64,000 nucleotides of DNA from Vicinamibacterales bacterium (lineage in GTDB: Bacteria > Acidobacteriota > Vicinamibacteria > Vicinamibacterales > CAVVIG01), in NCBI GenBank assembly GCA_965229885.1, contig CBDDJX010000003.1, positions 1,491,060 through 1,555,059 of the forward strand. The letters run 5' to 3'. Within the stretch, counting starts at the first letter, position 1. Each line of letters begins with the position of its first letter. The position numbers and the translations under genes were made by a program. The notes beneath the pieces are model-generated. The model was not told the DNA's origin and made no database searches. It saw nothing but the letters and a program-made list of their open reading frames with translations. Shown piece after piece: positions 29,876-38,132 of this stretch.

Positions 29876-31651
29876 CTACCGCTGCGGTTGCGCGGTCGGC
29901 GGCTCGATCGGTGCCGGCAGAGGCAGGTCGGGCAGCGGCTCCAGCGTATCGCGGCCGACGCGGAAGGCGCGCAGGTCGGCCTCGTCCAGATCGAGCACGC
30001 GGATGATGTGCGGCGTCAGCGTCAGCACGATGTCGGTTTGAGTCGCCTCCCTCTGCGTGTGCGTGAAGAGCCGGCCGATGCCAGGTATATCGCTCAGTCC
30101 CGGGATCCCGTCCACCGATCGGCGTTCTTCGTCGCGAATCAGTCCCGCCAGTATGTTCGTTTCGCCATCGTGCAGACGGATCACCGTGTTGATCTCGCGA
30201 TTGCCGAAGGTCGGCAATCCGCCGAATCCGCTCCCGGAAATATTCGTCACCGCGACCTTCAAGCCCAGCGTGACATCGTTGTCGTGATGCGTCCGCGGCG
30301 TGATGTCGATGTTCACGCCGATATTTTGGTACGTGTACGCGGTGATTGGCTGCTGCGGCGTGCCGCCGGTTGCAATCGGCGCGAACGTCGTCGTCGGGAC
30401 GGGCACCCGGTCGCCGAAGCGCGCCTGCGCCGTCGTGCCGTCCGAGGTGCGAAGCTGCGGATTTGCAAGAATCCGCGTGTTCGCGTCGGCCTTAAGCAAC
30501 CGGTAGTACAACGACGGCAGATTCGCGAGCAGCACGTCAGACTGCGAAAGATTGCGCAACGCTTCCAGCGTCAGCGTCGAATTCGGCGGGTTGATGTTGA
30601 CCGACCCGTCGATGCCGGGCGAGCCCGGCGAGGCGAACTGCAGGCCGTAGCCGAGCAGCTTCGTGCGGTCGACCTCGAGCAACTCGACGTCGATGATGAC
30701 TTCCGGACGCGCTTTGTCGATCGCCGTGAGCACGCGCGCCGCCGCCGCCACCCGTTCCGGGGTATCTTTGAGCGTCAGCGCGTTGGTCGCGGTGGTGGCC
30801 GAAATGCGCCGGACGTCGAGGACCAGTCGCAGGAGGTCCATCGTTTCCTTGAGGTCGGCGTTGCTCAGATAGAACGTCCGGACCACTTCCTCTTCGTACT
30901 CGCGTCGCTTGGCTTCCGTGTCAGGAATCACGACGACCATGCTCGGCGCAGTCACTCGGAAGAAGGTACGCGTGACGCGGGCCACCGTGTTGAGCGCATC
31001 CTCGAGCGAGGCATTGCGCAGGTCCACGGTGACCGCCGTTTCGCGGAACGTCGAATCGAACACGATGCTGACGTTGGCGAACCGGGCGATGCTGGTGAAG
31101 ACGTCTCGGCTGCTGGCCTCGCGGAAGATAAGCGAGGCCGGCATCTTCACGGCCTGCGGGAGATCTAATCCTGGCGGGGCCAGATTCCGCGAGCGATCGA
31201 TGAGTATCTGAAGCTCGGTCTTGCCCTCGGTTGAGAGAGCGGTCTTCGCGCGGAGCCTGTTGCGGGTCGCTCGCAGTTCCTGATCGATGTCGGGGCTGCC
31301 CGGGTTCAGGTCGGCAGCCAGCCCGTACTCGACGAGTGCCTCGTCGAACTTTCCCAGCGCCGTGAGGCGCTGCCCCGTGACGAAGTGGTCCTGCGCGGCG
31401 CGCAGCTTGGCCCGCTCGAGACCGAGACGCGCGTCGGTGTTCGTCGGGGCCAGGCGGAGCGCCTGGCCATATTCAGCAACCGCGCGATCGTAGTCTTGGC
31501 GCAGCTCAGCGTCGCGGCCGCGGTGGAACGCCCCCGTCGCTGCGCAGTTGCTGAGGAGGACGGTGCACAAGCCGATGGCGACGAGGGCGCACACCCGTCG
31601 GGAGGTGGTGCGGTATTCAGGAACGAGGTGTATCGGTGACAACATCAACAC
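29876..31651 (-). CDS. Secretin-family outer-membrane channel with N-terminal lipobox and TPR segment
   Basis: N-terminus ...LLSNCAATG, then TPR (YDRAVAEYGQALRLAP...), then the secretin core (LLANPQLRTSDG..., GLIRDEERRSVDGIPGLSDIPGIGRLF, LTLTPHIIR). Confidence 0.85.
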   Translation of the reverse strand: MLMLSPIHLVPEYRTTSRRVCALVAIGLCTVLLSNCAATGAFHRGRDAELRQDYDRAVAEYGQALRLAPTNTDARLGLERAKLRAAQDHFVTGQRLTALGKFDEALVEYGLAADLNPGSPDIDQELRATRNRLRAKTALSTEGKTELQILIDRSRNLAPPGLDLPQAVKMPASLIFREASSRDVFTSIARFANVSIVFDSTFRETAVTVDLRNASLEDALNTVARVTRTFFRVTAPSMVVVIPDTEAKRREYEEEVVRTFYLSNADLKETMDLLRLVLDVRRISATTATNALTLKDTPERVAAAARVLTAIDKARPEVIIDVELLEVDRTKLLGYGLQFASPGSPGIDGSVNINPPNSTLTLEALRNLSQSDVLLANLPSLYYRLLKADANTRILANPQLRTSDGTTAQARFGDRVPVPTTTFAPIATGGTPQQPITAYTYQNIGVNIDITPRTHHDNDVTLGLKVAVTNISGSGFGGLPTFGNREINTVIRLHDGETNILAGLIRDEERRSVDGIPGLSDIPGIGRLFTHTQREATQTDIVLTLTPHIIRVLDLDEADLRAFRVGRDTLEPLPDLPLPAPIEPPTAQPQR

Positions 31652-32312
31652 CGCGAGGGATCTTGAACGTGAACTGGTCGTCTGCCAGGCCGATATCGTG
31701 CTTCAGGTTCGTGAACACAAATGTCGATGTTCCCCCTTGCGCGTCGGTTGTGACCAGGCCCCGGATGGCGAGGGTCGCCGGATCGACGGCGAGAACCAGC
31801 CAATCGTAGTCCGGCAGCTTTGATTTTGGGACGAGCTTCAGCGCCCGGCTGCCGGCCGGCAGGCCTGCTGGCAGCTCGACAAAAGCGGGCGTGAATTCGC
31901 TCGTCAGACGGCCTGTGCCGGCAAGGAACAGGGCAGGCGTCGTCGCGTCGGCATTAGGCGGGACCGTGCTGACCATGACCTGCTTGTCCGCGGGAATGTA
32001 GAAGTAGATCTTTGCCCCGTCGGAGACGAACTGCTTCTTCTCGGGCGCCGTGTAATCCCACCGCATTCTGCCCGGCTTCTTCATCAGCACCGTGCCGCGC
32101 TCGGTGAACGTCTTCTTCAGCACACTCCCCTGGTACGTGTGGACGAAGTCCGCAGAAAAGTCCTTGACCGTGTCGTACCTGCGTTGCAGCGCCTGGGCGA
32201 ACTCCGATGCGGTCGGATCCGCGGCGCGGTTATTCGCAGCGAGGAGCACGACGAGTGCCGCGCTCAATGCGGTGGCGCTCAGGCGGGGGCGGAGCTGAGC
32301 GGCCGGGGACAT
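31617..32312 (-). CDS. lolA: Outer-membrane lipoprotein carrier LolA-like
   Basis: The ATG at 32312 gives a signal peptide (MSPAAQLRPRLSATALSAALVVLLAAN). LolA-like core GTVLMKKPGRMRWDYTAPEKKQFVSDGAKIYFY. ORF-track start 32456 extends into IS sequence. Confidence 0.8.
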   Translation of the reverse strand: MSPAAQLRPRLSATALSAALVVLLAANNRAADPTASEFAQALQRRYDTVKDFSADFVHTYQGSVLKKTFTERGTVLMKKPGRMRWDYTAPEKKQFVSDGAKIYFYIPADKQVMVSTVPPNADATTPALFLAGTGRLTSEFTPAFVELPAGLPAGSRALKLVPKSKLPDYDWLVLAVDPATLAIRGLVTTDAQGGTSTFVFTNLKHDIGLADDQFTFKIPRGVDVVTDTPRS

Positions 32313-32322
32313 GAGTGACAGA

Positions 32323-33594
32323 TCAGTCCGGGGACATGGGTAACACTTGGTGGGTGTTACCACGCCGTGTGAGAGCGGAGGAGCGCGCGTTCTTGGCGGG
32401 CTCCGTAGTCGTCCCGGCCGGTCCTCTCCTGACGGTGCGGCCTTTGTGATCTTCAATGCGGAGAATGCGTTCGTTCATCCGTCCGAGCTTCACTGGCCCG
32501 AAGTATACGTCCCAGAGCCCATCGTCGACTTCTTCCAGTCCGACGTACTCGCCCGCCAGCGTGTGCGTCACGCAGACCCAGCGCTTCTTCCACCGGATGC
32601 CGCTGTTGCGACTGACGAGGCGGACTTCGAAGTGGCCGGGGTATTCCACGGGCGCGAGCGTGCGCGGCAGCGTCCGCGGTGACGGCTGGTAGACGGAGCC
32701 AGGCGTTTCTTGGTCCAATGCTTCGTGCGGGCGTTCGTCGTTGTACTCGTGACGAAACCGATTGAACCGGATCTGTTGGGCGCGCAGATTGGCGCTCGGG
32801 GGACGCGTGGCCTCGGCTTTCAGCGTCCGATGCATCCGCTCATGGCGCCCGTTCTGCTGCGGGGACGCGGGGGCGATCAGTTCCGGGAGGATCCCGAGCC
32901 GAATCCACCAGACGGACAACGTGGACAGGCGCCCGAGCGCGGTAGTGGCGAAGGGCACGCCATTGTCGGTCCGGATGATCCCCGGCAAGCCGTACTCTTG
33001 GAAGAGGCGGAGGAAGAGCGGGCGAGCCGTAACGATCGCGGTCGAGAGCAGGCCGTGACAGGTCAGCAAGTACCGACTGAAGCCATCGACGATCGTCAAC
33101 GGATAGCAATACACCCCGTCGCGGGTTTTGAACTGCCCTTTGAAGTCCGCGGTCCAGGTCCCGTTGGGGGCCGTCATCGGGATCAGCGGCCGACCCGGGT
33201 GTGCGGGCACCGGCCGCCGCCGCGACCCCGTGATGAGACCGGCGCGATCCAGCAGATCACAGACCGTACTCCGGGCCGGGAGTGTCCACGTCGGGTGCCG
33301 CGTGGCCACGATCTTCAGGAGTTTCTTGGCGCCCCAGGTCGGATGGTGGCGGCGCACGTCCAGCAGGGCCGCGATGATCGGCGGGGGCGTCCGGTGCGGA
33401 CAATGCGCCGGCCGCCGTGACCGATCGACCAGCCCGGCCGGTCCCCCAACCTCATAGCGCTCGATCCATTTATAGGCGGTCTTCCGACTGATGCCGTAGC
33501 GTCGCGCCAGCTCCGCGACGTCGAACACATCGCGCTGGTAGTCGGCGATGAACTGCACGCGTTGGTCCATGAGTAACGTCTCCTGCCATGGCAT
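32323..33594 (-). CDS. IS481-family DDE transposase (HTH + rve integrase core)
   Basis: 423 aa. ISRKTAYKWIERY HTH, WTADF..., IRTDNGVPF, NGRHERMHRTLK, ERPHEAL. The stop codon T|GA spans the IS/flank junction. Confidence 0.9.
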   Translation of the reverse strand: MPWQETLLMDQRVQFIADYQRDVFDVAELARRYGISRKTAYKWIERYEVGGPAGLVDRSRRPAHCPHRTPPPIIAALLDVRRHHPTWGAKKLLKIVATRHPTWTLPARSTVCDLLDRAGLITGSRRRPVPAHPGRPLIPMTAPNGTWTADFKGQFKTRDGVYCYPLTIVDGFSRYLLTCHGLLSTAIVTARPLFLRLFQEYGLPGIIRTDNGVPFATTALGRLSTLSVWWIRLGILPELIAPASPQQNGRHERMHRTLKAEATRPPSANLRAQQIRFNRFRHEYNDERPHEALDQETPGSVYQPSPRTLPRTLAPVEYPGHFEVRLVSRNSGIRWKKRWVCVTHTLAGEYVGLEEVDDGLWDVYFGPVKLGRMNERILRIEDHKGRTVRRGPAGTTTEPAKNARSSALTRRGNTHQVLPMSPD

Positions 33595-33645
33595 CGAGCA
33601 CCTCGGCTCGAGTGTGGCTGAATGTGTTACCCATGTCCCCGGACT
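32325..33645 (-). mobile_element. IS481-family insertion sequence, apparently intact
   Basis: 22-bp terminal inverted repeats agtccggggacatgggtaacac (32325-32346) and its exact reverse complement (33624-33645). Single transposase ORF. No obvious target-site duplication. Confidence 0.85.
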
Positions 33646-33651
33646 CTTCTG

Positions 33652-33667
33652 TTACCCTTCTCCCCGG
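33652..33667. repeat. Degenerate second copy of the IS481 inverted-repeat core, 6 bp outside the right IR
   Basis: gttacccTTCtccccggac compared with the IR gttacccATGtccccggac. Confidence 0.5.
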
Positions 33668-33759
33668 ACCGCACCAGCATGGACCTAACGATAGCATGCA
33701 TGTCGTACGGGGCGTGCGGCTTGAGCCGGACAGTGACGATCGAACAATCACGATCCCGG

Positions 33760-34205
33760 ATGCTGGATGAGGTAGCGCGGCTGGGGCGCGAAGATATTCG
33801 ACGCGTAGGCCGTCCTGATGGCGCGTCCGGACGAGTCGAATGCCACAAAGCTGACACCGCGCTCGACGATCAGCGTATGGTGATGGGCCGCGATGACGTG
33901 TCCGACACGACGACCGCGCAAGCGAGGGCGCCTTCCGCCGCGGATGCCAGGTCCAACGCGTGCGCAGGTGTGCCCCTTGCGATCCAGTGGAAGACGGTGC
34001 CGATCGCGGTGTAGAGGGGGTACCCATCGCGCGGCGTGAGGAGAGGGGTGCCGATCCGCGCCTGAAACGAAGGCGTGTCGCCCAGGTCCATGTCGGGCAA
34101 TAGCGTCGCGCGATAGAGGACAAGGGCCGCGAGGCCGACGGAGGCTGCCACCAGCAGAGCGGCTCGGCGGCGCAGCACGGCGTCACCCTTTGCGCTTTGC
34201 GCCAA
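33760..34205 (-). pseudogene. Relic of a DUF2723-type membrane glycosyltransferase-like gene (N-terminal ~105 aa fused out of frame to a short C-terminal piece)
   Basis: ORF 33870..34205 encodes the typical N-terminus (DLGDTPSFQA...RDGYPLYTAIG). After about 33915 a different frame reads ...HHHTLIVERGVSFVAFDSSGRAIRTAYASNIFAPQPRYLIQHPGS*. The middle of the gene is missing and the locus abuts the IS. Confidence 0.55.
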
Positions 34206-35850
34206 TCACGGAGCGGATCTCACCGAGCGGCCTGGTGTTCACGACATGCCGGCGCTCGACCCAGCCTCGCCGCGCCGTCGTCACGCCGAGCTCCATCTGC
34301 ATTTCCAGCAACTCCGCGCGGTGGCAGTCGCTGTTGACCGCCATCATGGCGCCGGCGGCGATGGCCCGTCGCGACAAGGGGCCGTCGAGATCGAGGTGGA
34401 CCGGCGACCCGTCGATTTCCACGATCGTGCGCGTCTCGACCGCCATCTCGAACAGCGCGTCGTAATCGAGATCGTAGCCTGGCCGATGAGGCACGAGGCG
34501 GTTGGTTGGATGTGTGATCAGCGTCACGAGCGGATGCTTCATCGCGGCGCCGTAGCGCCGGAGCAGCTGTTCGCCAGACTGGCCGGCACGCTCGTGCAGC
34601 GACGCCAGCACGATGTCGAGCCGCTCGAGAATGCGGTCAGGAAAGTCGAGACGCCCGTCCGGGAGGATGTCGACCTCGCAGCCGTGGAGAATCGCGATAT
34701 CCGGATACCGTTCGCGCAGCCGGGCAATCTCGTCAGCCTGCCGTGCGATCGACTCGACGGAAAGATTGCGCGACGCAGCGGAACGCGGCGAATGGTCGGT
34801 AATCGCGATGTACTCGTAGGCTAGCCCTCGGCACGCCTCGACCATCGCTTCGACCGTGTCGCGGCCGTCGCTGAAGTCGGTATGCATGTGGAGGTCGCCG
34901 CGAATATCGGCCCTGGACAGCAGCGCGGGCAGCACGCCGTTCTTCGCCGCCTGAATCTCCTCGTCGCCGTCGCGAATCTCCGGCGGGATGAAAGGCAGAT
35001 CCAGGGCGGCGTACATCTCCTCCTCGGTCGCGGCTGGACGCAGGGTGCCATCGACGCTCTGCAGACCGTCCATGGTCAGGCGCCAGTTGGTCGTGAGGGC
35101 GTGCGCACGGAGCGAGGCGAGATGGGCGCTCGATCCGGTGGCCTGCAGCAGCGTCGCGCCCGCATTTGACGGTTCCGGCAGGCGCACGCCGACCTGAACG
35201 CGCTCGAGCCGGAAGTACAGCCGTCGATCACTTCGATGAGGATTGCGGACAACGTCAGGCAGCCGGATCAGCTCGGCGATGGCGTCGGCGGGATTGGCGG
35301 TTGCGGCGACGATCTCGATGTCGCCAACCGTATCTTGTCCACGACGCAGCGAGCCGCCAGGACTGGCCCAGATCACGCCTGGTGTGGAACGGAGCTGCTT
35401 GAGAATCGGCCCCGCCAGGGTGACCGCACGGCCCAGCGCGATCCGCGGAACCGCCCGCCGGAGACCGGGCAGCGACGCCGCAATCGCATCTTCGATCGAT
35501 CCGTTCAGGCCCTCGACGTCGCGGATGGCGTGATCCGATACGGCGGCTGCCAGATCGCCGGCGGACGTCACGTTCAGCGCCTGGTGAAGCGCCGCCAGCT
35601 GTTCCACGGTGACTGCGCCCGATTCAAACAGCCAGCGGAGATCAGCCGGCAGGTCGGCGATCGCCAATTCCATCAGGACCCAGGCGGCTGATTCGTACAT
35701 GTGTTTCAACCGCTGGAGGACGTCGGCGTCGGCATTCGCCGGCGGCCGATTCAGTAAAGCGCCGAGATTGGCATCCGAGTCGATCCCGTGGCCGCGCACG
35801 AACCTGGCGGCGCGAGCGAACACCGCCTGATCGGCGGAGTCGCCACGCAT
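34183..35850 (-). CDS. PolX-family protein (Pol-beta-like N-terminus + PHP phosphoesterase domain)
   Basis: GSLRRGQDTVGDIEIV nucleotidyltransferase motif. PHP motifs DLHMHTDFSDGRD, AITDHSP, LHGCEVDI, SDCH. Confidence 0.85.
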   Translation of the reverse strand: MRGDSADQAVFARAARFVRGHGIDSDANLGALLNRPPANADADVLQRLKHMYESAAWVLMELAIADLPADLRWLFESGAVTVEQLAALHQALNVTSAGDLAAAVSDHAIRDVEGLNGSIEDAIAASLPGLRRAVPRIALGRAVTLAGPILKQLRSTPGVIWASPGGSLRRGQDTVGDIEIVAATANPADAIAELIRLPDVVRNPHRSDRRLYFRLERVQVGVRLPEPSNAGATLLQATGSSAHLASLRAHALTTNWRLTMDGLQSVDGTLRPAATEEEMYAALDLPFIPPEIRDGDEEIQAAKNGVLPALLSRADIRGDLHMHTDFSDGRDTVEAMVEACRGLAYEYIAITDHSPRSAASRNLSVESIARQADEIARLRERYPDIAILHGCEVDILPDGRLDFPDRILERLDIVLASLHERAGQSGEQLLRRYGAAMKHPLVTLITHPTNRLVPHRPGYDLDYDALFEMAVETRTIVEIDGSPVHLDLDGPLSRRAIAAGAMMAVNSDCHRAELLEMQMELGVTTARRGWVERRHVVNTRPLGEIRSVIGAKRKG

Positions 35851-35928
35851 GGCCGCGAGCAGCGCAAGCTGTTCCAGTACCTTGGGAAGTGAAGCCGCGG
35901 CCGCGGGCTGGTGATCGGGGAAAATCCG

Positions 35929-36324
35929 CTAGCCTTTCAATGCGCCGGGCTCAGGCGGGGCCATCACGGGCGCCGGTTTTGTCTCAGTCGGGAGATTGGC
36001 GGCGAGCCAGTCGCTGATGCCGCCCTGGAGCGCCACCGCGCGGTGGCCCAGACGGATCAGCTCGGCCACGACATGCGAGCTGGACAGTTCGTTCGGATCC
36101 GAGTCGTACACGACGATCTCGCGATCGCGGGGCAGTGAGGCTGCACCACTCGCATAGCGGATCGCGCCTGGGAGCCGCACCGTGCTGTGTTCGTAGGGAT
36201 ACTTCAACCGCGCGTCAATGACCACGGGCGGCGCGCTGCCGTCGAGGCGCTGCTTCAGATCTTCTCGGCTGATGCGGGGAACGGGCACGACAGGTATTGT
36301 GATCGCCCGCGCGGAGGCTGTCAA
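35929..36324 (-). CDS. Rhodanese-domain protein
   Basis: VVIDARLKYPYEHSTVRLPGAIRY ... REIVVYDSDPNELSSSHVVAELIRLGHRAVALQGGISDW. Confidence 0.75.
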   Translation of the reverse strand: MTASARAITIPVVPVPRISREDLKQRLDGSAPPVVIDARLKYPYEHSTVRLPGAIRYASGAASLPRDREIVVYDSDPNELSSSHVVAELIRLGHRAVALQGGISDWLAANLPTETKPAPVMAPPEPGALKG

Positions 36325-36349
36325 CTCGGCAGGACCCGTAGTCCTGCCC

Positions 36350-36574
36350 TTAGCGGAGGGCGGCCTGACGATCGAAGGTCAGCACCTGCACGACGCGTGG
36401 GGTCGTCTTCACGGCTGGCTTCGGCGCGGTCATCACCGTCTGAGGTTTCGCATCGAGCGCCCATCCGCCGGATCGATGGCCGCAGTGGACGCAGCGGAGG
36501 AAGATGGCCCCGGGCTCACACCACATGCCGTAGTCGTGGCGCCCGGAGAGATAACAGTTAAACCAGTTCCACAT
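36350..36574 (-). CDS. Small Cys-rich (zinc-ribbon-like) hypothetical protein
   Basis: 74 aa, MWNWFNCYLSGRHDYGMWCEPGAIFLRCVHCGHRSGGW. GAGG sits 8 nt upstream of the ATG. It is the first gene of the string with rhodanese and PolX. Confidence 0.55.
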   Translation of the reverse strand: MWNWFNCYLSGRHDYGMWCEPGAIFLRCVHCGHRSGGWALDAKPQTVMTAPKPAVKTTPRVVQVLTFDRQAALR

Positions 36575-36770
36575 GACGTGCCTCGATCAAGTTTCGGTTG
36601 GCCACCCTGTGGCAATAGCGGTGCCGACCTCAAGCCTTCTTGATTGCTCAAATATCTTGAGAAATGGTGTGTCAGAGGGGGCACTCGTGTGTGCCAAAAA
36701 CACACAATTGGTAGCCTGGGAACAGCTTTGTAGGAAGATGTGGGGCAGAGTCGGAGCAACGGACGCCCAT

Positions 36771-37112
36771 ATGGCACGAGAGCTCGACATCAAAGGCCGC
36801 CGGTACTGGATTCTGTCCGAGCCGGAGGCGGGTGGCTGGAAGGCGAGCGTGGCCGAGGTTCTGGAGGACGGGTCGAGCGAGCAGGTCGGGATCGACGCCG
36901 GCGGCGAAACGCGCGGTGCGGCCGACGATGCGGCCGAGTGGAAGCGTATCGGCGAAAAGCAAAGCGCCACGGCGGGTCCTGTCCGCGAACAGCCCCACCG
37001 GGTGCTCGGCCCAAAAGCACTTGTCACGGCTGACGCCTCCGCGCCCGGCGGGGCGCCCCGTTCGCGGCCACCCGCGACCGGCGCTGTACAAATTGACCGT
37101 ACGGTCCACTAG
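36771..37112 (+). CDS. Hypothetical protein (weak call)
   Basis: The ATG at 36771 lies inside ORF 36573..37112. The N-terminal ~60 aa (MARELDIKGRRYWILSEPEAGGWKASVAEVLEDG...) look protein-like and the rest is low complexity. Confidence 0.3.
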   Translation: MARELDIKGRRYWILSEPEAGGWKASVAEVLEDGSSEQVGIDAGGETRGAADDAAEWKRIGEKQSATAGPVREQPHRVLGPKALVTADASAPGGAPRSRPPATGAVQIDRTVH

Positions 37113-37122
37113 TACGACTTTG

Positions 37123-38090
37123 TCAGATCGATCTCGTGGTTTCGGCCAGAATCAGACGGTTCTCGCGAATTATCGGTAATTCCATCAGGTTCTTGGGCGA
37201 CGGCGTACGAAATACGAAACACATGATCTTTTGAACGATTTCATCGATCTGACAAAGTCGTACGTGCGTCATCGCGTAGACCAGCGCGTTCACCCCAAAG
37301 GCGTAGCCGCGAGCAGCGAATTCCAGGAAGTACTCGCGGTCGTCGCTTTCGCGTTCGAACGCGTCGCCGAAATCGGTGTTGTACGTGATCAGCACCATGA
37401 TACGGCCATGGTCGTCAAAGATCGCTCTCGCGTGCGGCACAGCACTGCTGGGCCCTCGCTCTGACGTCGCGCCGCGAGTCTCGATCCAGAAACCAATCGA
37501 TGGAATCTGCGGCAACTCGCGCACGTCGTACAGCGTGTGAAACAGCTCGTGATCGAGCGGCAGATCGACGATCGGATACGTGGCTGGCGGCAGCGCTTTG
37601 GCGATTTCTCCGGACCAATTGTCCCAGGCCCTGGTTCCCCAGAAGTCGTCGGCCCACAGGAACCGCCCTTCTGCAGGCAGTCGCGTAACGCAGCCGCTTC
37701 CGCGGCATCGAAATACGATCCCCCGGGCTCGGTCATCATGGTGAACGGACACTTGTACAGCTCCGGATCCGTCAAGCGGATGAGGATGTGCCGGATCTGG
37801 CCGGCCGGATCGTGGCTGACGGGCGCTTTGGTCAGCTCCGAGAGGCGGAACGAGAGGTTCAGATCGGCGCGCGGGTAATCCACACTCCATCCGCCGCCGT
37901 CGCCCACCGGCTGGTTCCGGAAGGAAATTCGGCAGAACAGAAAGCTGCCTGTGTAGCTGCCCGCAGGGACGTACCTGACAGGCTCGCGGCCGCGGCCGAA
38001 CCTGAATTGCGCCGCGCTCGGCGAGGCGAAGAGTAGAAGACCCACGACGGAAATGAGCCCGACGACACCGGAGGCTGGGTGGCGTGGCAC
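37123..38090 (-). pseudogene. DUF4159-family exported protein gene with one frameshift
   Basis: ORF 37389..38090 (signal peptide, WSVDYPRADLN..., LRDCLQKGG) and ORF 37123..37890 (FLWADDFWG..., HELFHTLYDV...) join as ...KGG|FLWADDFWG if one T is added at the TT run (plus-strand aa at 37661-37662). Confidence 0.7.
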
Positions 38091-38132
38091 GCCCTTAGTC
38101 GATAGCTATAATTCGCCCCAAGGAGAGGACAG

